The translations under genes were made by a program, and so were the position numbers. A DNA stretch of 64,000 nucleotides from IMG/VR virus record IMGVR_UViG_3300026493_000002. One strand, written 5' to 3'. Shown here piece by piece: positions 9,121 through 18,114 of this stretch (position 1 is the first letter of the stretch; each line of letters opens with the position of its first letter). Source of the stretch: a virus. Its lineage: Duplodnaviria > Caudoviricetes. The notes below the pieces were generated by a model. It made no database searches and was not told the origin of the DNA. It worked only from the letters and a program-made list of their open reading frames with translations.

Positions 9121-10257
9121 TTACTCGTCGTCGCCGTCGTCTTCATCTTCGTCTTCGTCTTCCCAGTCGCCGTCTTCGTCCTCGTCTTCGTCGTCCGAAT
9201 CGGAGTCATCGTCGTCGCCGTCGTCCTCGTCTTCATCTTCGTCGTCCGAGTCGTCCTCGTCTTCGTCGTCGGAGTCCGAATCATCTTCGTCCTCGTCATC
9301 CGAATCGGAGTCATCATCCTCGTCCTCGTCTTCGTCGTCCGAGTCGTCGTCGGAGTCCGAATCATCTTCGTCCTCGTCCTCATCCTCGTCTTCGTCGCCG
9401 TCTTCGTCGGAATCTTCGTCCTCGTCTTCGTCGTCCGAGTCGTCTTCATCCTCGTCTTCGTCGCCGTCGTCTTCGTCCTCGTCATCCGAGTCGTCTTCGT
9501 CGGCGGCCGCAGCCTTCTTGGCCTTGCCGGCCTTGCCCTTCGGAGCCGGCTCGGCGCCGTCGTCGTCCTGGGCCACGATCTGCACTTCGACGCCGGCGGC
9601 GCGGGTGTTGATGGTGATGACTTCGCCGTCGGTGGTGGTCACGGTGATCAGGCCGTTCTCGCCCTCGACCACGGTGCCCTCGAAGGCGCTGGCGGCGATG
9701 GTGCGCTTGACGACCACGGTCGCTTCTTCGCCGGCTTCACCCTTGACGACCAGCACGCGGCTGCGAGCGAAGCGCGACACCACGAACTTGTTGCTGCGTT
9801 CCTTCTTGTGGCGCAGGCTGATGAACTCGCCATCGGCCGACGACAGCAGGGTGCCCTGGATTTCGACGACGGTATCGGCCAGCAGCGTCACGTTGAACAG
9901 CAGCTGGTCGGCGCCGACGCTGCCCTTCTTGCCCTTGCGTGCCTTCGGAGCCGGAGCAGCCTTGGCGCCACGCTTGGTCTTGGTCACCTTCTCGGCCTTG
10001 GCAGCAGCGCGCTTCTGCGCACGGGTCTGCTTCGGAGCCTTCTCGGCCTTGGCGCCGCGCTTGGCCTTCGGAGCAGCCTTCGCCTTGGTCGCCTTCGCAG
10101 CCTTCGCAGCCTTGCCGCGCGGTGCCTTGGTCTTGGCAGCAGCCTTGGCGCCGCGTGCGGTCTTCTTCTCGGTGGCCTTCTTGGTGGTGCGGGCGGTCTT
10201 CTTCTTGTCCGCAGCCTTGGTCTTCTTGGCGGTGGTCTTCTTGGTCGAACGTGCCAT
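9121..10257 (-). CDS. Bipolar protein: H1-like basic N-terminus, small beta-rich core, very long D/E C-terminal tract
   Basis: 378 aa; N-terminal KKT/AKA repeats, central LLFNVTLLADTVVEIQG...VQIVAQD domain, tail of more than 100 residues almost all D/E/S. Confidence 0.9.
   Translation of the reverse strand: MARSTKKTTAKKTKAADKKKTARTTKKATEKKTARGAKAAAKTKAPRGKAAKAAKATKAKAAPKAKRGAKAEKAPKQTRAQKRAAAKAEKVTKTKRGAKAAPAPKARKGKKGSVGADQLLFNVTLLADTVVEIQGTLLSSADGEFISLRHKKERSNKFVVSRFARSRVLVVKGEAGEEATVVVKRTIAASAFEGTVVEGENGLITVTTTDGEVITINTRAAGVEVQIVAQDDDGAEPAPKGKAGKAKKAAAADEDDSDDEDEDDGDEDEDEDDSDDEDEDEDSDEDGDEDEDEDEDEDDSDSDDDSDDEDEDEDDDSDSDDEDEDDSDSDDEDEDDSDDEDEDEDDGDDDDSDSDDEDEDEDGDWEDEDEDEDDGDDE
9125..9503 (-). 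repeat. Low-complexity GAC/GAG/GAA codon repeats encoding a poly-D/E tract
   Basis: Includes direct repeat TCGTCGTCGGAGTCCGAATCATCTTCGTCCTCGTC near 9263 and 9344. Confidence 0.85.
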
Positions 10258-10355
10258 GGTGTAGCGTCTCCGTTGTGAGATTTGTTGCGAAATTGGGTTC
10301 AGGGTATTGCAGTGTTGCTGTTACACGGAATCTTTACAGATTCCAGATTGGGCGA

Positions 10356-11420
10356 TTATTCCTCGCCCTCTTCCTCGCCCGAATCTTCTTCCGGCAGGAT
10401 GGACATGAGGAACATATCGCCGTGCTTCGGCAGCAGCAGTTCCTCGACGCCCGACTTGGACGGCGGCACCCAGTCGGCGCTGCTCTTCTGGGCAGCCTGC
10501 ACCAGGTCGTGGCGGTCGTACAGGTCGAACGACTCGCGCTCGTTCAGGTTGTTCAGCAGGTCAACGAACTTGCCGTCGGCCAGGCTGTTGCCACGCAGGG
10601 CGACACCGAAGATGACCAGCGGCGCGTAACCCGCGTCTTCCTCGAACTTGGCAGCGACCTGCTCCAGGTAGTTGATGACCTGGCCGACAGCGTTGTCCAG
10701 TTCGCCAGCGGCGTACAGGCTACCAGCGTTGACCGTCAGGTTGACGAACACGTTGCTGGTGATGCCGGCGTCGGCGTCAGCCGCCATGTTCAGCGCGGCC
10801 GAATCGGTGTTGGCCCAGGAGGTAACGCGGATCAGATCGGAGAACAGCAGCGGCTGGCTCGGGTTCGGATCTTCCGAGTCGGCCAGCAGGAACGCGTGGT
10901 CAGCCGGCAGGCCGAGCGCGGTCTGCACGCGGTTCTGGAGTTCGACAGCCAGCTTGCGCATCAGGGCGACCTGATCGCTACGCTTGCCCAGGTACACGAC
11001 GTTCTGGCCTTCCAGTTCGGCGGCGATGTTGAACACCGACGACATGGCGTTGCGCAGCAGACCGCGTGCAGCTTCCGGATCCTTGGCCTTGACCTTCTTG
11101 TTCACCGGACGGAACGGGTTGAACAGGTTGGAGTTCTCGTGGCCTTCGATTTCGACCTTCTCCAGGATCGACTTGAACGTTGCGTTGTTCTCCTCGAAAC
11201 GCTCGAAGTTGGTCAGGTCGAGGGTGATGATGACGCCGACCGACAGCTTGTTCAGGCTGACCTGGGCGTTCTCGGTCTTGGTCAGGACCTTGGCATCAGC
11301 CGGCTTGGCTTCGGTGACTTCGGCGCCCGGCTGCGTTTCGATACGCACCTTCTCGGGGGAGGCTGCGACCTGCTGCATCTTCACCTTCTCGGCGGTGGGG
11401 ATGGGATTCTCGTTCGACAT
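10356..11420 (-). CDS. Hypothetical protein
   Basis: 354 aa, GGAG SD, typical codon usage, acidic C-terminus. Confidence 0.85.
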   Translation of the reverse strand: MSNENPIPTAEKVKMQQVAASPEKVRIETQPGAEVTEAKPADAKVLTKTENAQVSLNKLSVGVIITLDLTNFERFEENNATFKSILEKVEIEGHENSNLFNPFRPVNKKVKAKDPEAARGLLRNAMSSVFNIAAELEGQNVVYLGKRSDQVALMRKLAVELQNRVQTALGLPADHAFLLADSEDPNPSQPLLFSDLIRVTSWANTDSAALNMAADADAGITSNVFVNLTVNAGSLYAAGELDNAVGQVINYLEQVAAKFEEDAGYAPLVIFGVALRGNSLADGKFVDLLNNLNERESFDLYDRHDLVQAAQKSSADWVPPSKSGVEELLLPKHGDMFLMSILPEEDSGEEEGEE

Positions 11421-11489
11421 GGTTGTAACTCCTGCGTCAGTGACTTTGTTGTCGTGTGAACTGCGTTGTTGTGTGGATGAAGCGGTGAA

Positions 11490-11867
11490 TCAGATGCCGA
11501 CGTTCAGGCCTTCGGCTTCGGCGTCGTCGAGCATCTTGGTCAGGCGGCGGACAAACTCGCGACCCGCATCGAGCGGCAGACCGCCGACAGCGACGTGCAG
11601 CAGATGCTCGGTGTCGTTGCTGCTGGCTTCGACGCTGGCCTGACCAACGTTGTTGCCTGCCCGGAGCGAACAGCGCAGGCGGTCGAAGTCGAGGGGAAAC
11701 ACGCCGTCGGGACGGATCGCTGCGGATTCGCGGGTCGAGACGTTGATGACCGGCGCACGCTTCACGACTGCACGCTTGGTGACGACCTTCGATGCTGCGG
11801 TGTTGCTCTTCGCGGGACGACCACGCTTGGCGGCGTTCGGCTTCTGCTGATTCTTCGGTGCGGGCAT
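11490..11867 (-). CDS. Hypothetical protein with basic N-terminal arm
   Basis: 125 aa, GAGG SD, CTGTAAA motif upstream. Confidence 0.75.
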   Translation of the reverse strand: MPAPKNQQKPNAAKRGRPAKSNTAASKVVTKRAVVKRAPVINVSTRESAAIRPDGVFPLDFDRLRCSLRAGNNVGQASVEASSNDTEHLLHVAVGGLPLDAGREFVRRLTKMLDDAEAEGLNVGI

Positions 11868-11932
11868 AGCGATAACCTCTTGGATAGTGGGTACTGCCTA
11901 GTGATTGATATTTACAGTTCCTTGCGGACTGC

Positions 11933-12289
11933 CTATTCTTCGGCCGTTTCGAGACCCGCTTCCGATGCAGAGGCAATTAGCATCCGCAACTTCTTGGCGA
12001 CCTTCTGGCCTTTTTCGAGTGGAATCGTGGTTCCCTTCTTGGTGGGCTTCCACTCGCCGCTCGCCTTGTCCTTGTAGTAGTGGCGGATATCCACGTAATG
12101 CTTTCCGCCATACTCCTGCACGGACAGGACGACACGGCCGCTGTCGGACTTCTTGACAAAGGTGGTCAATTCCGAAAGATCGAGTTTGGGCTTTTCGGCC
12201 TTTTTCGATTTCGTCGGCTTGTCACCCTTCGACTTCTTGTTTACAGCTTTTTCCACTTCGTCCTTACTGCGGGTTTTTCCCGATTTCAT
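11933..12289 (-). CDS. PC4/YdbC-family ssDNA-binding protein
   Basis: VVLSVQEYGGKHYVDIRHYYKDKASGEWKPTKKGTTIP matches the PC4 (p15) signature; likely start ATG 12289. Confidence 0.85.
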   Translation of the reverse strand: MKSGKTRSKDEVEKAVNKKSKGDKPTKSKKAEKPKLDLSELTTFVKKSDSGRVVLSVQEYGGKHYVDIRHYYKDKASGEWKPTKKGTTIPLEKGQKVAKKLRMLIASASEAGLETAEE

Positions 12290-12642
12290 GCCGGCACCTT
12301 TTTGTGATCGCGCAGGATGTTGATGTGCGATTTGCACCAGGCGATGACGGTCGACGGGAACAGCGTGTAGCGGTTGTCCCGCAGTACCTGCTGAACTGCA
12401 CGATCATCAACGCGCCATACAACGGACAGGTTTTCTTCCATCGCGATGGCTTCGCACTCCTCGATCAGGCACTGAGCGGTGTCAGCGTCGATCCCAGCCA
12501 CGTCGTAAACCCGAAGCTGGTTGGTGTGGACAGACAGACTCACCGCGAAGGTGACGCCGGCGTCGTTGTACTTGGCGACGATCAGCGGTGCACCAAGCTG
12601 CTCCTTGATGGCAGCCATGATCTGCTTGGAGAGTCCGCTCAT
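12286..12642 (-). CDS. Hypothetical protein, possibly a degenerate GNAT fold
   Basis: 118 aa, ATGA-type overlaps with both neighbours; pattern loosely like the GNAT C-terminal half. Confidence 0.7.
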   Translation of the reverse strand: MSGLSKQIMAAIKEQLGAPLIVAKYNDAGVTFAVSLSVHTNQLRVYDVAGIDADTAQCLIEECEAIAMEENLSVVWRVDDRAVQQVLRDNRYTLFPSTVIAWCKSHINILRDHKKVPA

Positions 12643-13133
12643 GCCAGACCAACCCGCGACAGACCCATGAAGCTGTCCAGCAGCGCGGCATGTTCCTCGC
12701 GCATCTGCTCCACCGTCTTGTAGAAGCTCGGCGGATTCGAGAACTCCAGCTTGGAGAACCCGACACGCGGCAGGAACTGCTCGATGTTGCGATCCTGAAC
12801 TTCATGCACCATCAGGGCGTGACCGTACAGCGTGGCGCAACGCTGGGCCTGCTGGATCAAGGCACGCATCAAACCACGACGGCGGTTCTTCGGGTTCACG
12901 AACAGACCAGTGATGTAGACCGTCGGGGTTTCCTTGCGATCTTCCAGCGTGCGCTTACCGACACGAATGTCGACCGTCCCTTCGGCGGTTTCAACACGGC
13001 AGTTGATCGACAGGCCGGCACGGCGCTGGCTGTTTTCGATCAGGTCCTGCAACTGGACAGTGAACTGCGGGAGAAGCAAGCACTGCGCGAGACTTTCCAT
13101 AGGCTGGACGAGGCGTACATTGGGCTGAGACAT
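12639..13133 (-). CDS. GNAT-family N-acetyltransferase
   Basis: VYITGLFVNPKNRRRGLMRALI is acetyl-CoA-binding motif A (V-x-P-x-x-R-R-R-G). Confidence 0.75.
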   Translation of the reverse strand: MSQPNVRLVQPMESLAQCLLLPQFTVQLQDLIENSQRRAGLSINCRVETAEGTVDIRVGKRTLEDRKETPTVYITGLFVNPKNRRRGLMRALIQQAQRCATLYGHALMVHEVQDRNIEQFLPRVGFSKLEFSNPPSFYKTVEQMREEHAALLDSFMGLSRVGLA

Positions 13134-13178
13134 GATATGGGAACTCCGATATAGAAGAAACGGGTTTGACAACTGGGA

Positions 13179-14153
13179 TCAGGACGCCTTGAGCTTGCGG
13201 AATTCCTTGACGTCCTTGAAATGCTCGTGGAAGAACTCGCCCTGCGATTCGGCGAGAGTGAACTGGGTGAATTCCTTGACCGACACGTCCTCGTAGAGGT
13301 ACTTGCCGCCGTTCTTGAACTCCAGCTTGAGGCGCTGGCTCTGCGGGTTGTACCATGCGGTCAGGATCGTGGACGACTCGATGTTCAGACGCCAGATCGG
13401 CTTGGTGCGGGCCGACGAGGCTGCTGCCTTCTTCTGCTTGGTCGAGGTCAGCGCGTCAGCCTTCTTCTTGGATTTGGGCGCACGCTTGATGCTCTTGGGA
13501 CGCAGGCGCAGGTTGGCTTTCTTGTCACGGCCCACACGGTTCTTTTCGGGCAGGCCTTCAACCGCATCGGCAGCATCGCGGTCCATGATCTTGCCGCTCG
13601 ACTTGTTCTTCTTGGCGTCCTTCTTTTCAAACCCGTCTTCGAGGGCGACCGGAATGGACAACGTGCGAGCAACGCTGCGCACCGCCAAGCGGTTGGACTT
13701 TTCATCACCGCTGGTCAGAATGACCCGTGCGCCGTCAGTCTTGGCATCTTCGCCGAGTTGCTTGGCCAGCTTCTTCGCGTCCTTGGCAGCGGGACACAGG
13801 ACGACAAACTTGGCTGCCTTCTTCTTCTTGGTCGCCTTGGCAGGCGCCTTCTTGCCCTTCGACTTCTTCGCAGCCTTCGGTTCGACGCCGACGGTCTTCA
13901 CGCTATCGTCGTCAGCGCGGGGACGACCGCGGCCGGCGACTACGTTGCCAGTCACGTCTTCCGCCGTGGCTGCGGTGTCCAGCACCTTGATCTTGGATGC
14001 GGGAATGGTGATCGTGCGGCCCGTGCGCGTGAAGTCCAGCGACGGCTTCTTGTTCAGGCGTTCTTCAACTGCCTTGGCATCCTGTGCCGAATCGAAGCGG
14101 AAGCGGATGGTTTCTTCTTTGGTGTTGCGGGCCTTGCGGACGTTGTTTGCCAT
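13179..14153 (-). CDS. K-rich protein with C-terminal KTSC domain
   Basis: C-terminal IESSTILTAWYNPQSQRLKLEFKNGGKYLYEDVS...LAESQGEFFHEHFK is the KTSC signature. Confidence 0.85.
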   Translation of the reverse strand: MANNVRKARNTKEETIRFRFDSAQDAKAVEERLNKKPSLDFTRTGRTITIPASKIKVLDTAATAEDVTGNVVAGRGRPRADDDSVKTVGVEPKAAKKSKGKKAPAKATKKKKAAKFVVLCPAAKDAKKLAKQLGEDAKTDGARVILTSGDEKSNRLAVRSVARTLSIPVALEDGFEKKDAKKNKSSGKIMDRDAADAVEGLPEKNRVGRDKKANLRLRPKSIKRAPKSKKKADALTSTKQKKAAASSARTKPIWRLNIESSTILTAWYNPQSQRLKLEFKNGGKYLYEDVSVKEFTQFTLAESQGEFFHEHFKDVKEFRKLKAS

Positions 14154-14265
14154 GACGGGAATTCCTCTTGGGATGTTGTCGTTTCGATGTAGGAAAATCG
14201 CGCTCAGTTGTTACGCCTAGATTTTCAAACCCGAAGCGACAAGCGCGAATGTCGCTCTCTAGGGA

Positions 14266-14295
14266 AGTATATCACGCCCGTGAAAGACGTGTCAA
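14266..14295 (-). promoter_or_regulatory. Strong sigma70 promoter TTGACA-N18-TATACT with extended -10 (TGa)
   Basis: -35 at 14290-14295, -10 at 14266-14271; drives the KTSC gene. Confidence 0.8.
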
Positions 14296-14348
14296 GGGAT
14301 CGCACCCTAAGCGGCGCAGTGGGGTTACGCCGATCGGGTTTGAAGTTC

Positions 14349-15029
14349 TCAGGAGTTCCGAAGCAGGCTATTGCCCGCGTAGGTGCCCTCCATCATGGAG
14401 AACGAAATGCGCAGATACTCAGGCATCCGCGTCATGTAGTTTTTGTCGAAGGAGAAGATCACGTCGTTCACCACGTCCCACCACAGGTCCACACCGTGCG
14501 GCAGTTCGCCGTCACCAAACGTTTTCTTGGTGAACGCAGTCGGGCGAGAGGTCTTGCGCTGGTTGTCGCGGAGTTCGATCAACCAGTTGACGTATTGGTC
14601 CAGTTCCTGGCCGCGCAGCCTCGTGTACAGGCGAAGCGCGTAGCTGCGACCGTCCTTGGTGAGGAACAGGTTCTCAGCCTTGAACGTCTCGTATGCGAAA
14701 GAGGTCAGGTGCATACGGCGCAGCGATTCCGGCAGCGCATCGAAGGAGAAGCCCGGACCGTTCATGTGGTCGAGGCTGATCGAATCGAAGAAGCGCGCGT
14801 CACGGTACTTGCCGAGCGGCCGGCGAATGCTGGCGCGCTGAATGTGGGACGGCGGCATCGGATGCGGAATGATGACCTGCGAATCTTCGGGAATGGCTAG
14901 AGGTACTTCGCGCTGCACGATGCCGTAGCCGGGCGCGTCGTTGTCCATTCCGACGAAGGTCCAACCGTTGTGGGTGTAGCTGTCATACTGCTCCAGAGGA
15001 ACAGACAGCTTATAGGTGCGAATAGCCAT
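14349..15029 (-). CDS. Hypothetical phage protein
   Basis: 226 aa; DHMNGPGFSFDALPESLRRM motif resembles a recurrent phage hypothetical family. Confidence 0.8.
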   Translation of the reverse strand: MAIRTYKLSVPLEQYDSYTHNGWTFVGMDNDAPGYGIVQREVPLAIPEDSQVIIPHPMPPSHIQRASIRRPLGKYRDARFFDSISLDHMNGPGFSFDALPESLRRMHLTSFAYETFKAENLFLTKDGRSYALRLYTRLRGQELDQYVNWLIELRDNQRKTSRPTAFTKKTFGDGELPHGVDLWWDVVNDVIFSFDKNYMTRMPEYLRISFSMMEGTYAGNSLLRNS

Positions 15030-15309
15030 GGGAGTTTACTCTCGATATGTAGGCGATTGACTGGTCGGTAGAAGCAACCAGCGTCCTTGTTGATAGTGAC
15101 TGGGCATTTGCTGTGGCACGTGTATTGAAAACAGCGACCCCAATCACGGTGATATGCTTCGCGCAACGTGCCTCCGTTTCCGGTATGCGCTAGCCAACCT
15201 CTACTCCGTGATTAGGGCAACACGATGATTCGACTGTAGCAGCACGATTAGTTTCGCGCTGTAGTGTTCAGGCATCATGCGTCTCCTAACGCTATGGTTC
15301 GATTTCGCC

Positions 15310-15681
15310 CTAGTCTGCGTAGTCATCACCGCTAGTGCGGTAATGCTCTTCCAACTCCGCTTCGAGGGCTTCGTTCTGTTTCTTGCGGCACGGCTCACAG
15401 ACCTCGTACACAGGTCCAGCCATGCCTTCTTCGGGATCACGGACCGAACGCAACTCGACGTTCTCCGTTTTGCACCAGTCGCAACGCCCAACGAGTTCCT
15501 CACGTTTCGGGATGTGGCGTGCGCAGAAGTCCAGGTACTCGGCACCGAACGAATCGGTTTCGCCTTGCACGCGCACTGTTGCGTCACTCAGACAACCGTG
15601 ATGATCGCACGCGACGGTAGCTGGCGGTACGCTCCGTGCGCCCGGCAGAGTAGAGACTGGTCCAGATGATACGTCAGCCAT
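15310..15681 (-). CDS. Cys-rich (Zn-finger-like) hypothetical protein
   Basis: CDHH, CARH, CDWC, CEPC; likely start ATG 15681 with AGGAG SD, immediately behind a sigma70 promoter. Confidence 0.8.
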   Translation of the reverse strand: MADVSSGPVSTLPGARSVPPATVACDHHGCLSDATVRVQGETDSFGAEYLDFCARHIPKREELVGRCDWCKTENVELRSVRDPEEGMAGPVYEVCEPCRKKQNEALEAELEEHYRTSGDDYAD

Positions 15682-15765
15682 TTCGCATAGCTCCTTTGCT
15701 GTGGGCAGAATCCGACAATTTTTCAAACCCGAATCAGTGTGTTCGATATAGAGTCGGGCAAGGAC

Positions 15766-15794
15766 AGTATAACACAGTCGAATGAAAATGTCAA
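15766..15794 (-). promoter_or_regulatory. Strong sigma70 promoter TTGACA-N17-TATACT
   Basis: -35 at 15789-15794, -10 at 15766-15771. Confidence 0.85.
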
Positions 15795-15851
15795 ATATAG
15801 CCCGCTGCAGGTATATGCGTACGGGTTTGAAATATCTAGGTTTTAGCGCGG

Positions 15852-15888
15852 AAAAGAAAAAGGGACCATGCCAGTAGCACAGTCCCCT
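15852..15888 (-). terminator. Rho-independent terminator
   Basis: AAGGGAC...GTCCCTT stem followed on minus strand by TTTCTTTT, just after the stop at 15896. Confidence 0.75.
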
Positions 15889-15895
15889 TGGCGCA

Positions 15896-16246
15896 CTATT
15901 TCAATGCGCCTGTAATCGTAAAGCTGTAGGTCATACGGTTCGTCTTCGGTTCCAGTTCGCATTCAATCTTGAGCTTGCACTCCACCGCCGAAGTGCGCAG
16001 CTTGATTTGCTCGGCCATGCCCCCGATGACTTTGGCCGCCGCATCGCTCAACGTCAGCGGCAAGGAAGAGTAGTCGATACCCTTCTCCTTAGCCATCGTT
16101 TCGTTCAACTGCTGGAGAAATGCGTCAAGGTGTTCAAGACGAAGGTCCGGGTTGATGTGCCCGACAACATGGGGCACGCCGTCTCGCGGAATGGTGAAGG
16201 AGCCGTCGAGGTTGATCAGGATCGGACTTCCCAGTTGGGTGCCCAT
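15896..16246 (-). CDS. Hypothetical protein
   Basis: 116 aa ORF in operon context. Confidence 0.7.
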   Translation of the reverse strand: MGTQLGSPILINLDGSFTIPRDGVPHVVGHINPDLRLEHLDAFLQQLNETMAKEKGIDYSSLPLTLSDAAAKVIGGMAEQIKLRTSAVECKLKIECELEPKTNRMTYSFTITGALK

Positions 16247-16248
16247 AG

Positions 16249-17103
16249 TTATCGGTTCCTTGGAAGTCGTTTCTGTTTCTTGTTGCGTTTAGCCTTTTTG
16301 TCGGCAGTCCCTTTTACAGGATCGCCGCCGGTGACTTCATCCACCCCGACAACTGAAAGGATATATCGCACCTCATAAGGGGAAGTCTCGTACTTGGCGC
16401 ACAGGACGTCGAACGTTGCAGAGTTGCGCTTGGACCTGAACTCCGCGAACAGAGAGGCAAAGGCCTTGCCGACCTCAGAACTGAGGATCGTCCGCATCTT
16501 GGTGTTAGCGCGATCGGTCAACTCAAGATCGTGGTCGCGGGTCAATTCCCGGATCATCTGATCGTAGGTCATGCCCGTATACAAGAACCGAGCGCACGCT
16601 TCCTTTACAGGAGTTTGGTGCGTGCTGCTCGGCAGGGTGTAGATGAAGGTCATCAGCGGATTGAGGAGCGAGCCTCGTTTCACGCTGTCAATCATCACAC
16701 CCAGAAAATCTTTCTTCTCGCGCTCAACGTCGAGCTTGGCAATACGCTGGCCGGTGCGCAGCACAATGCGAGAAAGAGGTTGTTCGTGGCAGACTACGCC
16801 GCCTTGTTCCTTTACGGGTGCGAAGTCGAAGGGCACGCAGCCCTTGACCTCGACCAGCCGCAGTGCCGATGCAAATACGACGACGATTACTTCCGCGTAT
16901 TCTGCGGAGTTCAACGTCGGCAGATTGCGGTAGAAATCCTGCATGGCTACCAGAAATAGAACACGCTTCTCGGGTTTCGCTGCGGGCAATACGTCTCCAC
17001 TGCGAACAACAAGGACGTCACTGGACGTCCCGATCGTCTTGGCCTTGACTAGGAAATCTACCACCTGCAACGGACTGTTGTATGCAACGCCAAAACAGTA
17101 CAT
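16249..17103 (-). CDS. Hypothetical protein
   Basis: Likely start ATG 17103 behind a CTGTAAAG motif; basic C-terminal tail. Confidence 0.8.
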   Translation of the reverse strand: MYCFGVAYNSPLQVVDFLVKAKTIGTSSDVLVVRSGDVLPAAKPEKRVLFLVAMQDFYRNLPTLNSAEYAEVIVVVFASALRLVEVKGCVPFDFAPVKEQGGVVCHEQPLSRIVLRTGQRIAKLDVEREKKDFLGVMIDSVKRGSLLNPLMTFIYTLPSSTHQTPVKEACARFLYTGMTYDQMIRELTRDHDLELTDRANTKMRTILSSEVGKAFASLFAEFRSKRNSATFDVLCAKYETSPYEVRYILSVVGVDEVTGGDPVKGTADKKAKRNKKQKRLPRNR

Positions 17104-17134
17104 GTGGTGGTTCTCTCTTTTATCTGTGGAGTCT

Positions 17135-17506
17135 TTACAGTTTCTCGAAGTGGTCCAATTCGCACTCAAATACGAGGCCGGGTTGGTTCAGGCGGCGACA
17201 CGTTGAGGTCCACAGCCCGAAGAGCCGGTAGCCATCAATATCCAGAGTGATCTTCGGCGTAGGCGCACCGTACGGCTGCTGAATATACAGGGGCACCTGG
17301 TCGAGACTGTCGAATTCGATCACGGCAGGATGAATCTTGACTACGCCACGCACGGTCATAACTCGGGACACGTGCGGCTTGGACTGAGCCATGAATGGAA
17401 TGCAGTCCATCAGGAAGGAGCCCAGTTTGGCTACGACTGGGCGATCGTCCACCTCTATCAGATGGGTTGACTCGTCACCTACCGGAGGCGTGAGTAGCTT
17501 CGGCAT
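17135..17506 (-). CDS. Hypothetical protein
   Basis: 123 aa, TGATG-coupled to the upstream gene. Confidence 0.7.
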   Translation of the reverse strand: MPKLLTPPVGDESTHLIEVDDRPVVAKLGSFLMDCIPFMAQSKPHVSRVMTVRGVVKIHPAVIEFDSLDQVPLYIQQPYGAPTPKITLDIDGYRLFGLWTSTCRRLNQPGLVFECELDHFEKL

Positions 17507-18114
17507 CAGTACAGGTTCTCCGAGTAAAGATCCTTCTTGGGCCAGCCGCCGACCTTGCGCAACTGGTTGTTCGCTTCCGCCAGCACGCGGGCCTGTTCAC
17601 GGTTGTACCAACGGCCGTGCTGGTCGATGAAGCCTTGCTTGGACCAAAGCTCTTCACCGAACTTGCCGCGCAGTAGACCAACGAGCGGACCCATGATGCC
17701 GTCGTAGTGACGCGGGCCTGGCACGATGATACCGAACGGCGTACCCATCGGCGAACGGAACACGTAGTAGTTGCCGGAGCAGACGATCAGCGGCGAGGAC
17801 AGGTTCGGAACATGCGGAGCCGGCGACACGTTGGCGTTCACCGAGAACATGGACAGCGAGCCCTCAGCGACCGACACTTCCGAATCGGTGTCGAGTACAT
17901 GCACGCGCAGATGATCGTAGCTGTCGCGGCCCAGGATGTAGACGACGGCGCCAGGCAGTTTCGACGACACGCACGGCACGCCCTTGAACAGGCGGGTGTT
18001 CTCGAACTGGCCGAAGTCCTTGCGCAGTTCAATCTCACGCTCGGACGGCAACGGCAGTGGGTTGTACGGAAGCTCCGGCAGGACTTCGTGCTTGGTGGGA
18101 TCGGCTACGTTCAC
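17506..18114 (-). CDS. Hypothetical phage protein
   Basis: C-terminal QGFIDQHGRWYNREQA...DLYSENLY motif, typical of a recurrent phage family. Confidence 0.8.
   Translation of the reverse strand: MNVADPTKHEVLPELPYNPLPLPSEREIELRKDFGQFENTRLFKGVPCVSSKLPGAVVYILGRDSYDHLRVHVLDTDSEVSVAEGSLSMFSVNANVSPAPHVPNLSSPLIVCSGNYYVFRSPMGTPFGIIVPGPRHYDGIMGPLVGLLRGKFGEELWSKQGFIDQHGRWYNREQARVLAEANNQLRKVGGWPKKDLYSENLY

Noticed and set aside
9059-10264. Poly-Ser ORFs (9059-10264, 44754-45572) and the repeat tracts as a possible CRISPR or tandem array
   Set aside because: They are antisense reads of D/E codon runs. There are no fixed-length repeats with unique spacers, so this is not a CRISPR array.
12239-12247. Extra CTGTAAA copy at 12240 and STAATT copies at 11975 and 39361
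   Set aside because: They lie inside coding sequence and are not positioned upstream of a start in a consistent way, so they are treated as chance or uncertain.
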